From positions 45,794-109,793 of the forward strand of contig DDDG01000024.1 of assembly GCA_002336245.1 (NCBI GenBank): 64,000 nt of DNA, given 5' to 3'. Position 1 is the stretch's first letter. Every line of letters starts with the position of its first letter. This DNA is from Flavobacteriales bacterium UBA1986 (GTDB lineage: Bacteria > Bacteroidota > Bacteroidia > Flavobacteriales_G > Salibacteraceae). The position numbers and the translations under genes were made by a program. A model generated the notes under the pieces. The model saw nothing but the letters and a program-made list of their open reading frames with translations, was not told the origin of the DNA and made no database searches. This document shows, piece by piece, positions 55,193 to 63,183 of the stretch.

Positions 55193-57645
55193 GAATTCGG
55201 ATTGTAGGATTTAAAACTTCCCGGTTCACCCTTCCTGATTTCCAGTTCGTCGTGGTCGATGTCTTCTTCTTCGTCATAAATCTCAAGAAGCGGTTCTCGA
55301 AATGATTTTGAAAGAAGTGCCTTTTCAAGGCTTAAGAGTAGAGATGGAAGTAAAATTAGGTTTGCCACCATGGCCACAAAGAGGGTCAAGGAGACCAGAA
55401 TTCCCAAGGCTTTTGTTCCTCCAAATTGAGAGGAGTCGAATACGGAAAAGCCAAAGAATAAAATCACAGAAGTGTAAAACATGCTCACCCCTGTTTCGCT
55501 CAAAGTAAAGTGGACGGCCTTTCCAATGTTGTCGTCTTGATGCCTCAATTCTTGTCGGTACTTAGCCAAGTAATGAATTGTGTCGTCGACGGAAATTCCA
55601 AAGGCGATGCTAAAAACCAAAATCGTAGAGGGTTTGATTGGAATTCCGAAGTAACCCATCATAGCTGCGGTTATCATCAAAGGCAACACATTGATGAAAA
55701 TCGAAATGAAAATCATTCGAGCCGAGGAGAAGAGAAGAGCCATGATGATTCCGACAATAAGAATGGCAAGAAGCAAGGAGATGAAGAGGTTTCGAACGAG
55801 ATAATTGGCTCCCATTAGATATACAACTGAGGTACCTGTGTACTGAACATGATATTTTTCTGGTGGAAGTATCGAGTCAATCCTTGGCTTTAGATCCTCC
55901 AATATGGCGCTCATTTGCTTCGTGCCCACATCTGCCATTTGAAGTGTTATTCGCGCTCTCTGACGTGTGCTGTCGATGTAGGGCGCAAGAATGGACTGAT
56001 CGCCACTAAAATTATCAACGTAGGGTTTGAAGAAGGCTTTCTCACGTGAGTTTATCAAGGAATATTTCTCGGGGTCACCTCCATAAAAACCTTGCTTGAT
56101 GAATTTGACACCTTCCACGATGGACATTGGTCGTGTGAACTCATCGTAGGAAGCAACGAGGTCTTGAGTCTTTTCGAGCCGCTTCATGGTTGAGCTCTTC
56201 ATAATCATCTTGGGCTTGAGTGCATCAACCGTAATTTCAAAAGGCATCACACCAGTAAAATGCTCTTCAAAAAAGGCCAAATCACTCAATACATAGTGAT
56301 CCTCAGGGAGGTCATCAACCAAGTTGCCTGTAGAAACAATCTTGCTCATCCCATAACCAGCCGCTAACATTAAAACGATGGTTACTAAATAAACTAGAGG
56401 CCGTCTTCTCTCTACAATGAAAGTGACTGATTCCATGATTCTCTTCATCCAAGCCAACTCCAAATGTTGAATGTTCTTTTCTTTCGGGTCTGGGATGAAA
56501 GAGAAGAAAATTGGGATGAGGCATAGGCTAAAAACGAAGAGCAAGAGAATGTTGATGGCAGCTACCCAGCCAAATTCCACCAGCAAAATCGATTGGGTAA
56601 AAATGAAGGTTCCAAAACCAGCGGCTGTGGTGGCGTTGGTCATAAAGGTGGCTCTACCTACCAGCACAACTACGCGGGTCAGCGCCTTTGCTTTGTTCTT
56701 GTGCTTCAGGTATTCCGAATGGTATTTATTGATGAGGTAAACGCAATTCGGGACTCCGATTACAATAAGCAAAGGAGGAATGATGCTGGTTAAAATTGTG
56801 ATTTCATATCCCAAAATGCCCATAGTCCCAAGCGACCATATGACAGCCATCCCAACAACAATGAGTGCAATGACGACCGGACGATAATCTCGAAAGAAAA
56901 AGAAGAGAATTAGAATGGTGACGGCCAAGGCAAGGAAAATAAAGAGCTTCAGCTCACGCTCTACCATCGAGCTCACAATAGATCGGACAAAAGGCAATCC
57001 CGATAGGTGGGTTTCGATGGCGTACTTTTCACCGAACTCATCGGTAACCGCCATGAGAGCGTCTACCAAAATCATTCTCGTTTTCGAATTAAATTTTGAA
57101 TCGTCGAGCGAAAGCGCCATCAAACTGGCGCCAGTAGAGTCGTTGAATAGGAGTTCAGAGTAAAAGGGTAAGGAGAAGATTTTGTCGCGGACAACTTTCA
57201 ACTCTGCCTCATCCTTAACGGGTCCTTTGTGCACAAATGAAAGATTGAAACGCTGAGCTTCTACATCCTTCTTCAGCTCAAAAAGATTGCAAACGGAAAC
57301 AACCGTATCAACGCCCTCGATGGCTTTAAAATCATTGCCAAGCTGATACCAAGCGTTGTACAATTCCACGGAGTTCAGAGGGTTCTCGGGAATTCCTAGA
57401 ACGATTACCGTGGGTTCCTTTCCATACTGTTGCCTAAACTCTTTGTAGGCGATGAGTGTTGAATCGCTGTCGGGAAGCAGCTGTGGTAAGGCGTATTGAA
57501 TTGCCACTCCTCTCCCCATATAGCCCATGAAGACAGTGAGCAGAGCCAACACGATGAGAATGGCAATCCGCTGCCGAAGAATGAAACTGGCTAGTTTAGT
57601 CCACATGAGCTTGTAATCGGGAAGTGTGCCCGAAAATATAAACAT
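55189..57645 (-). CDS. RND-superfamily exporter of the MMPL/HpnN-like type
   Basis: 818 aa. Two 6-TM bundles, each after a soluble loop. [10 protein letters not shown] motif in the second bundle. The start may instead be the ATG at 57606 (MWTKLASF...). Confidence 0.8.
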   Translation of the reverse strand: MFIFSGTLPDYKLMWTKLASFILRQRIAILIVLALLTVFMGYMGRGVAIQYALPQLLPDSDSTLIAYKEFRQQYGKEPTVIVLGIPENPLNSVELYNAWYQLGNDFKAIEGVDTVVSVCNLFELKKDVEAQRFNLSFVHKGPVKDEAELKVVRDKIFSLPFYSELLFNDSTGASLMALSLDDSKFNSKTRMILVDALMAVTDEFGEKYAIETHLSGLPFVRSIVSSMVERELKLFIFLALAVTILILFFFFRDYRPVVIALIVVGMAVIWSLGTMGILGYEITILTSIIPPLLIVIGVPNCVYLINKYHSEYLKHKNKAKALTRVVVLVGRATFMTNATTAAGFGTFIFTQSILLVEFGWVAAINILLLFVFSLCLIPIFFSFIPDPKEKNIQHLELAWMKRIMESVTFIVERRRPLVYLVTIVLMLAAGYGMSKIVSTGNLVDDLPEDHYVLSDLAFFEEHFTGVMPFEITVDALKPKMIMKSSTMKRLEKTQDLVASYDEFTRPMSIVEGVKFIKQGFYGGDPEKYSLINSREKAFFKPYVDNFSGDQSILAPYIDSTRQRARITLQMADVGTKQMSAILEDLKPRIDSILPPEKYHVQYTGTSVVYLMGANYLVRNLFISLLLAILIVGIIMALLFSSARMIFISIFINVLPLMITAAMMGYFGIPIKPSTILVFSIAFGISVDDTIHYLAKYRQELRHQDDNIGKAVHFTLSETGVSMFYTSVILFFGFSVFDSSQFGGTKALGILVSLTLFVAMVANLILLPSLLLSLEKALLSKSFREPLLEIYDEEEDIDHDELEIRKGEPGSFKSYNPNS

Positions 57646-57653
57646 TCAATGGG

Positions 57654-59330
57654 ATGGCAAAAAGGGCTTTATATTCGTTATTCATGCGCTTTGTTGTCCA
57701 TTTCTTCCTCTGTATTTTCTTCTTTTTCCCAAGTGCGAATGTAACTGGTCAGAAGCTTGCCGCTGACCTTGGGTCAAGAATTAAAATCGACTTGCAAGAA
57801 GGTCACATGGAAATGAGACTAGATGGAAAGCCTTTTGTTCGCGGAAACTTAAAAAATGGACAGCCCATCGGCAAATGGGAACGTTACCATCCCAATGGTA
57901 GCAAAGCAGCAAAAGTCAATTACGGCAAAGGGGTAAAAGACGGAAGCTGGCACTTCTATCATTCGAACGGGAATTTGAAAGCAAATCTCGAATTCGAGAA
58001 TGGAAAAAAAGTTGGAGTCTGGAAATCCTTTTGGCCTTCGGGCGCAAGTCAACTCGAAATTCATCATCGAGAAAAAACTGCTTCCCTAATTCGTTACTTC
58101 GAAAAAAGTGGGACGCAAAAAAGCTTCTTGGCCTTAGAAGAAGATCGCAGAGTTGGAGCAGACACAATTGAATTTCAGCGGAAGTTTTTTAGTCAAAATC
58201 GTCCCTATTCATTCGAGAAAAAAGTAAACGGAAAACCGGACAGTGTTTGGATTCGGTTCCATGAGAGCAGCTCCGTTTGGGAGAAACTTTTGTATGAGAA
58301 AGGAAAGTTAAAATCTGTACTGCTCATGCAAGACCCTCTGCACAATCCACTGGACTACGGTGATTTCGTGGAAGGTTCGGGCCTCCTCAAACGATACCGT
58401 CCCAGCGGGAGTCTTTTTTCAGAAATCCAATACAAAAATGGAGAGCGACATGGCCGAGCTTGGTACTATCGCAATGGAAAAATTGCAGCGAATGGTTCCT
58501 TCCGGAATAATCTGAAAGTTGGCACTTGGAAGTTTTACAATCAAGCTGGAACGCTCCATTACGAAATCGACTTCTACGACGCGAAAAATCAATGGGCATA
58601 TGTGACCGTTTATGGCAACTCGGGATTTGAACGCGAGGAAAGCGAATATTGGAAAGGACTGCGACATGGTTTGGCGCGCACCTACTCCTTCCTGAATGAA
58701 CTCGAAAATGAAAAGCATTACGCCTTTGGGTACTTGCACGGGACTTACCTGGAATTTCTAAAAGGAGGCAAGGAACGTACGCAAGGTGCCTACGCTTTCG
58801 GGATGAAGGTTGGCGATTGGAAATATTTCAACCCCAGCGGGAGAACCACTTTTGAGGAGCGCTTTGTGCGCAATCCAAGCATCGACACTTCCTCAATCCA
58901 ATTCTACGATATGAACGACATCGAGCGAATTCCAATGATGAGTTCAGTAATCTGGAGTACACTAAAAAATCCAAAAGACCGCGCTCTCTTACGCTTTGAT
59001 GCGCTGATAAACAAACACCCAGCGTACACCTTTGAACCTGAAGTCACTTACACTCAGTTCGCTGGTGGTCAAACTGCAGCCGATGAATATGCACAATACT
59101 TGGAGGAAGCGAAAGCCGAACTGAGTAGTGATGTGAAAGGTGAGGCCGTTCTTCGACGTGTGGTTGACGAATTTGGTTTCCCCTATTTTTCAAAAATGGA
59201 GTTGGGCCTTGGGTTTGGCTACGATCAAGCGATTTTGGAAAGCGCTAAAACTCCATTAATCTACCTACCAGCTGAACTTCATGGACTTCCTTCTGTTGGA
59301 ACTTATAGACACCGCATCGACATCGACTAG
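57654..59330 (+). CDS. MORN-variant repeat protein with TonB-C-terminal-like domain
   Basis: N-terminal hydrophobic segment. Many GxWxxYxxNG repeats. The last ~90 aa follow a TonB_C pattern (FAGG ... KGEAVLRRVVDEFG ... LPAELHGLPSVGTYRHRIDI). The start may be the ATG at 57684. Confidence 0.6.
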   Translation: MAKRALYSLFMRFVVHFFLCIFFFFPSANVTGQKLAADLGSRIKIDLQEGHMEMRLDGKPFVRGNLKNGQPIGKWERYHPNGSKAAKVNYGKGVKDGSWHFYHSNGNLKANLEFENGKKVGVWKSFWPSGASQLEIHHREKTASLIRYFEKSGTQKSFLALEEDRRVGADTIEFQRKFFSQNRPYSFEKKVNGKPDSVWIRFHESSSVWEKLLYEKGKLKSVLLMQDPLHNPLDYGDFVEGSGLLKRYRPSGSLFSEIQYKNGERHGRAWYYRNGKIAANGSFRNNLKVGTWKFYNQAGTLHYEIDFYDAKNQWAYVTVYGNSGFEREESEYWKGLRHGLARTYSFLNELENEKHYAFGYLHGTYLEFLKGGKERTQGAYAFGMKVGDWKYFNPSGRTTFEERFVRNPSIDTSSIQFYDMNDIERIPMMSSVIWSTLKNPKDRALLRFDALINKHPAYTFEPEVTYTQFAGGQTAADEYAQYLEEAKAELSSDVKGEAVLRRVVDEFGFPYFSKMELGLGFGYDQAILESAKTPLIYLPAELHGLPSVGTYRHRIDID

Positions 59331-59370
59331 CACCTTTGCAAGAGTTATCTTTGCGCTCTCAATCACACAC

Positions 59371-59763
59371 ATGGAATTAATCACTCATAAAATCTGCATG
59401 ACCCGCGACATTGGGGTTCATGGGAATCTTTTTGGAGGAATGATGTTGGCCTGGGTCGATGAAGCCGCCGCTGCATTGGCCACCAAAGTTTGTCATACGC
59501 CCAATATGGTCACCATAAAAATCGAAGAAGTAGTCTTCAAAAAAGCGGTGAAGGTCGGAATGCAAATTCACATTTACGGCGAGGTTTCCCATGTAGGAAA
59601 CACTTCCATCAGCATGAAAATGGAAGCTCGGAAATACAATGTTTACAGCGGTGAAGAAACGGTTGTCTGCACAACCAATATCACTTTTGTTCGCATCGAT
59701 GAAAATGGAGATGCAGTTCCGATTCCAAGTTTGGTGAAGGATCGCTATGCGGAGCTGGGCTGA
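59371..59763 (+). CDS. Acyl-CoA thioesterase (hotdog fold, YciA-like)
   Basis: Start at the internal ATG at 59371 (MELITHKICMT...). NLFGGMMLAWVDEAAA motif typical of YciA-type thioesterases. Confidence 0.85.
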   Translation: MELITHKICMTRDIGVHGNLFGGMMLAWVDEAAAALATKVCHTPNMVTIKIEEVVFKKAVKVGMQIHIYGEVSHVGNTSISMKMEARKYNVYSGEETVVCTTNITFVRIDENGDAVPIPSLVKDRYAELG

Positions 59764-59819
59764 GAGCATGGAGCATTGAGAGTGGAGAGTGGAGAGTGGA
59801 GAGTGGAGAGTGGAGCAAA
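59764..59819. repeat. Heptanucleotide tandem array: 8 units of GAGNNTN, with 5 perfect GAGAGTG copies at 59778-59812
   Basis: Read directly: GAGCATG GAGCATT (GAGAGTG)x5 GAGCAAA. It begins at the first base after the thioesterase TGA. Confidence 0.9.
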
Positions 59820-59858
59820 AGATTATTCTTCTCGTCCAATTGCAGAGAATTTAATTCC

Positions 59859-60063
59859 CAGTCAGGCTGAGCCTGTCGAAGCCCGTCTTATGAAGTCTGA
59901 TGGAAACTAAGTTTCGACCCTTGGCAAGTGAACTAATCCCTATGGAGTATAGCTTCCAACTCGTGTTCAAATCCGATTCATCCGCAGTCAGACCGAATCA
60001 TGAGGTTCTCCAAGGCCTTAGGACTTCTTGACAAGCCGCTCTTCGACAGGCTCAGAGTGACTG
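59859..60063. repeat. 205-bp element bounded by 23-bp inverted repeats (21/23 match); REP/MITE-like
   Basis: Left arm CAGTCAGGCTGAGCCTGTCGAAG (59859-59881). The reverse complement of the right arm (60041-60063) is CAGTCACTCTGAGCCTGTCGAAG. No ORF lies inside. Confidence 0.6.
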
Positions 60064-60159
60064 AAATTGTTGGCGCCTAAAATCGGTACACACATAGAGC
60101 CTAAAGCATACACCTCATTCTCCCTTGCCCAAATTCCAATTCCCATATCCCATAATTGC

Positions 60160-60411
60160 TCACTTAAAATACACAAACAACCTCCCAAAATTCTTGGAGT
60201 CCTTATCCATGCGGTGGTACTTGGCTTTGATGTGCTTTTGCTCGAGGAATCGAATCACCTTCTTCTTAAGCTGACCTGAGCCTTTGCCTGGAATGATTTC
60301 GAGCTCTCGAATGCGGTGCTCTGCGCAATGGTCGACGGCATCGTTCAAGGCTTGATCAATCTTAGCGCCTTTGTTGTAGATGTCGTGAAGGTCGAGTTTG
60401 TACTTGGCCAT
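60160..60411 (-). CDS. Smr (small MutS-related) domain protein
   Basis: Start set at the internal ATG (complement of 60409-60411), giving 83 aa. LDLHD ... IIPGKGSGQLKKKV matches the Smr DLHG / HGxG pattern. Confidence 0.8.
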   Translation of the reverse strand: MAKYKLDLHDIYNKGAKIDQALNDAVDHCAEHRIRELEIIPGKGSGQLKKKVIRFLEQKHIKAKYHRMDKDSKNFGRLFVYFK

Positions 60412-60458
60412 GTTCAAACATAGTCCATATTGATATTCATAGAAGTCGTTGACATCCT

Positions 60459-60466
60459 TAAATTTG
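60459..60466 (+). promoter_or_regulatory. Candidate -7 box (TAAATTTG) upstream of the deformylase homologue
   Basis: Exact TAnnTTTG 55 nt upstream of the ATG at 60522. Confidence 0.3.
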
Positions 60467-60521
60467 TGGCTCAAGAAATACCTGCGCCGAAACAAAGAGC
60501 AGACTGAAGTGTCTAAATGAT

Positions 60522-61124
60522 ATGGGAACCCGATTCACCCTCTTACTCTTCGTCCTGCTTTGCCTTCTTGGAGTTGAGGTAAAAGCTCAAAAAGCCAACA
60601 AGTTTACCAAGGCTGAAAAGAGACTCATCAAAGAAGATGGGCTCATGCGCGTGCTCACCATCAACAACGAGGAAGACTCTTTCCTCCTTCGCAAGCCCAG
60701 TTTTGATGTCAAGGCCGACTCCTCTAACAAGAAGTTGTTGCGCTTGATCGATCGAACGATTCTCACCATGACCGACTCTTCCCAAATGGGTGTTGGAATC
60801 GCTGCTCCGCAAGTAGGGTTGCTGAGAAACCTAATCATTGTGCAACGCCTCGACCAAGAGAACAGTCCGATTCAGGCCTATGTGAATCCCAGAATCATTT
60901 CCTGCGCCGGAGAAAAAATTGAAGGTAGAGAAGGCTGCCTTTCCATTCCCAATCGTTCGGAAATGGTGTTTCGTCAGCAAGACATCGAGTTGGAATATTC
61001 AGATTGGAATGGCGGAAAGATTAGAGAACGAGTAACTGGGTTTACCTCTGTCATCTTCCAGCACGAGATTGACCATCTAAATGGAATCTTGTACATCGAT
61101 CATTTAGCGAACGATCAAGACTGA
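60522..61124 (+). CDS. def: Peptide deformylase homologue with N-terminal signal-peptide-like extension
   Basis: All three PDF motifs are present: GVGIAAPQVG, EGCLSIP, QHEIDHLNG. The N-terminus MGTRFTLLLFVLLCLLGVEVKAQ looks like a Sec signal. Alternative ATG at 60645. Confidence 0.8.
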   Translation: MGTRFTLLLFVLLCLLGVEVKAQKANKFTKAEKRLIKEDGLMRVLTINNEEDSFLLRKPSFDVKADSSNKKLLRLIDRTILTMTDSSQMGVGIAAPQVGLLRNLIIVQRLDQENSPIQAYVNPRIISCAGEKIEGREGCLSIPNRSEMVFRQQDIELEYSDWNGGKIRERVTGFTSVIFQHEIDHLNGILYIDHLANDQD

Positions 61125-61402
61125 TCTAAGTATCCCTTCAAAGCATCCACGTATGCCGTAAAAGCCGAATTTCCCTTTTTTGTGATGAAGGCAGTAGTAA
61201 GGGGGTAATTCCCTTTAAAGCTCTTCTTCACTTCAATGTATCCAGCTTCTTTCAATTTGCTGATTTGAACCGAAATATTCCCTCGCGTAGCCTCCGTCTT
61301 CTCCAACAAATAGTTGAATTCCGCCTCTTCTACGCTCATCAAAAGAGACATGATCTTCAGCCGCAGCTGATTGTGTAAAAGCGGATCAAGATCCTTGAAC
61401 AT
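61115..61402 (-). CDS. Small winged-helix transcriptional regulator
   Basis: 95 aa. LRLKIMSLL ... TRGNISVQISKLKEAGYIEVKK is a wHTH recognition-helix and wing pattern. Confidence 0.7.
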   Translation of the reverse strand: MFKDLDPLLHNQLRLKIMSLLMSVEEAEFNYLLEKTEATRGNISVQISKLKEAGYIEVKKSFKGNYPLTTAFITKKGNSAFTAYVDALKGYLDQS

Positions 61403-61969
61403 CTATGCGCGTTTTAAAAGGTATCCATGAATGAGGTAACATGCAGTGATGGCAACCGCCATCGTGAGCAGCTGTTGTGGAAAGGACATCCAAAAGGAAG
61501 CTGCAGCCAGAACCCAACAAACCATGGAGCCAATCACCAAAGGTTTGAATCGAAGGATGCCTCCGGTAATAAAGGTTCCCATCGCCCAAATGCACATCAT
61601 CAATGGATAGATGATGGTGTATTCCACCGTGCCCATCAACAATAGAAGAATGACCAAAAAGATCCCGAAGGCACGCCATACGTATGCAATGATTCGATCA
61701 ATGTGTGTTCTCACCACCGTCTTTTTCGACTCTCGAATTCCAAGAACGGCTGAAACGAGTCCTCCGAAAATCATGAGCACTGGCCAGGGCATCCACGAGT
61801 ATTCATGCAGCTCTTGCGTGAGTAAAATGTAGTGCGCCAATGAGGCAAAGAGTGTGAGCCAGCCCCATAGCAGGAAGTATGTACTTCCATCACGAATGTT
61901 GTCTTGTGTTTTCTGAATCATCTCTGAGATGATCTGCAAACTTTCTTGAGGGTTCATTTCCTTATTCAT
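61403..61969 (-). CDS. Membrane protein of unknown function (4-5 TM)
   Basis: 188 aa. Abuts the regulator gene with zero gap. ATGA overlap with the upstream small ORF. Confidence 0.55.
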   Translation of the reverse strand: MNKEMNPQESLQIISEMIQKTQDNIRDGSTYFLLWGWLTLFASLAHYILLTQELHEYSWMPWPVLMIFGGLVSAVLGIRESKKTVVRTHIDRIIAYVWRAFGIFLVILLLLMGTVEYTIIYPLMMCIWAMGTFITGGILRFKPLVIGSMVCWVLAAASFWMSFPQQLLTMAVAITACYLIHGYLLKRA

Positions 61970-62130
61970 GCTTCCTTTTTATTATTTGAAATAGCATACA
62001 CGACATAACCCAGGCCCATGCCTAGAAACATATAGGCAACCAAATTTCCAAGAAGGAAACCTATGCCCATACCCAAAAAGGTTCCGGCCGATATAAAACT
62101 CTTGAGGGTTTTAGATTGAATTGTTTTCAT
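61966..62130 (-). CDS. 54-aa Gly-rich two-TM membrane peptide (below the ORF-track size cutoff)
   Basis: My translation: MKTIQSKTLKSFISAGTFLGMGIGFLLGNLVAYMFLGMGLGYVVYAISNNKKEA. Its stop TGA overlaps the next ATG. A candidate -7 box lies 19 nt upstream. Confidence 0.45.
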   Translation of the reverse strand: MKTIQSKTLKSFISAGTFLGMGIGFLLGNLVAYMFLGMGLGYVVYAISNNKKEA

Positions 62131-62149
62131 GGTTGATTGTTTGAGAAGG

Positions 62150-62157
62150 CAAATATA
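62150..62157 (-). promoter_or_regulatory. Candidate -7 box (TATATTTG) for the small-peptide / membrane / wHTH operon
   Basis: Exact TAnnTTTG on the minus strand, 19 nt before the ATG at 62130. Confidence 0.3.
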
Positions 62158-62198
62158 TAAACTTGTTTACATTATAAACCATATTGATCAAAAAAATA

Positions 62199-63164
62199 TC
62201 AAATGCTATCAGCAATCGCCTGCTCAGAGATTCCATTCATACACTCAAAACCCTTACACAGCCCTTTACCAAGCTTCGAGCACGGTCTACTTCTTAAGCC
62301 TTCAACTTGAATCATTTTACTATCGAACCCAGGCAAGTATGGGCTCATCCCAAATTCCGGAACAGTACATCCCCATATGGAAATCACCGTCTTTTGGAAA
62401 GCACTTGCGATGTGCATGATGGCCGTATCGTGCGCAATTACTGCCTCTGCCTGCCGAACTACCGAAGCCGATCCATGCAGACTTAAGGACCCACAGGCAT
62501 TGATTACCTCATCGCCAAAAGGAGCGCGAATGCGTTCTCCTCTTGCTTGATCCTCTGGGCCTCCAAGAAGAATGACGCTTTTCCCTTTTGAAACCCATAG
62601 GCCCAGAGTCGCAATAATTTTCTCTTCTGGTAGAATCTTCCCAATGTGGTTGCCTCCAATGCCGTAAGCGACATAATTTGAAATCCCCCACTCTTCTCGT
62701 GGGTTGAGTTCTTCTGATTCAGGAATGAAGTAATCCAAGCCTTTTCCATCGTTTTTGACTTGAAAAGCTTGAACGGAATCAAAGTAGCGCTCAACTATGT
62801 GGCGCTTTGGCATTCGATTGACCTTAAAATTTACCAAAAGCCATTTCTCCCAGTTGTGTTTTGGAAAGTCGAAACTCATAATCTTGAGCATCTTCTTCAA
62901 TTGTCGCGACCGAAGATTGTTGTGTAGATCAATGATGTAGTCGAAGCCAACATTCTTCAGCTCATCACTGATCTCGAAAACAGACGAATTGATGCTGTGT
63001 ACTTGGTCGATGTGCGGGTTGGACTCCAGCAATCCGAGAAAGGGCTTCTTCGTAAGAAAATGAACTTCGGCGCCTTCGACCTGCTCCTTTAAACAGCGCA
63101 CAACAGGGCTGGTAAGCACAATATCTCCAATGGAAGAAAAGCGAACGACTAGAAATTTAGCCAT
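62199..63164 (-). CDS. Glycosyltransferase family 9 (LPS heptosyltransferase-like)
   Basis: 321 aa. N-terminal VVRFSSIGDIVLTSPVVRCLK and C-terminal AVIAHDTAIMHIASA are typical of GT9. Confidence 0.85.
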   Translation of the reverse strand: MAKFLVVRFSSIGDIVLTSPVVRCLKEQVEGAEVHFLTKKPFLGLLESNPHIDQVHSINSSVFEISDELKNVGFDYIIDLHNNLRSRQLKKMLKIMSFDFPKHNWEKWLLVNFKVNRMPKRHIVERYFDSVQAFQVKNDGKGLDYFIPESEELNPREEWGISNYVAYGIGGNHIGKILPEEKIIATLGLWVSKGKSVILLGGPEDQARGERIRAPFGDEVINACGSLSLHGSASVVRQAEAVIAHDTAIMHIASAFQKTVISIWGCTVPEFGMSPYLPGFDSKMIQVEGLRSRPCSKLGKGLCKGFECMNGISEQAIADSI

Positions 63165-63183
63165 GGGACAAAGCTATCAGACT

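Noticed and set aside
59764-59819. Considered whether the repeat array could be a miniature CRISPR or a coding repeat.
   Set aside because: The units are 7 nt with no spacers. The array lies after a stop codon with no ORF through it. It is a simple tandem repeat.
59859-60063. Considered 6S RNA, tmRNA, SRP RNA, RNase P RNA or a retron msr/msd for the IR-bounded element.
   Set aside because: I could not see the conserved cores of these RNAs. The central part does not fold into a clean rod by eye, and no reverse transcriptase gene is nearby. It is kept only as an unassigned element.
60067-60279. 70-aa plus-strand ORF at the right edge of the large gap.
   Set aside because: Its second half is antisense to the Smr gene and its first half is low-complexity. 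It has a TTG start with no promoter-like context.
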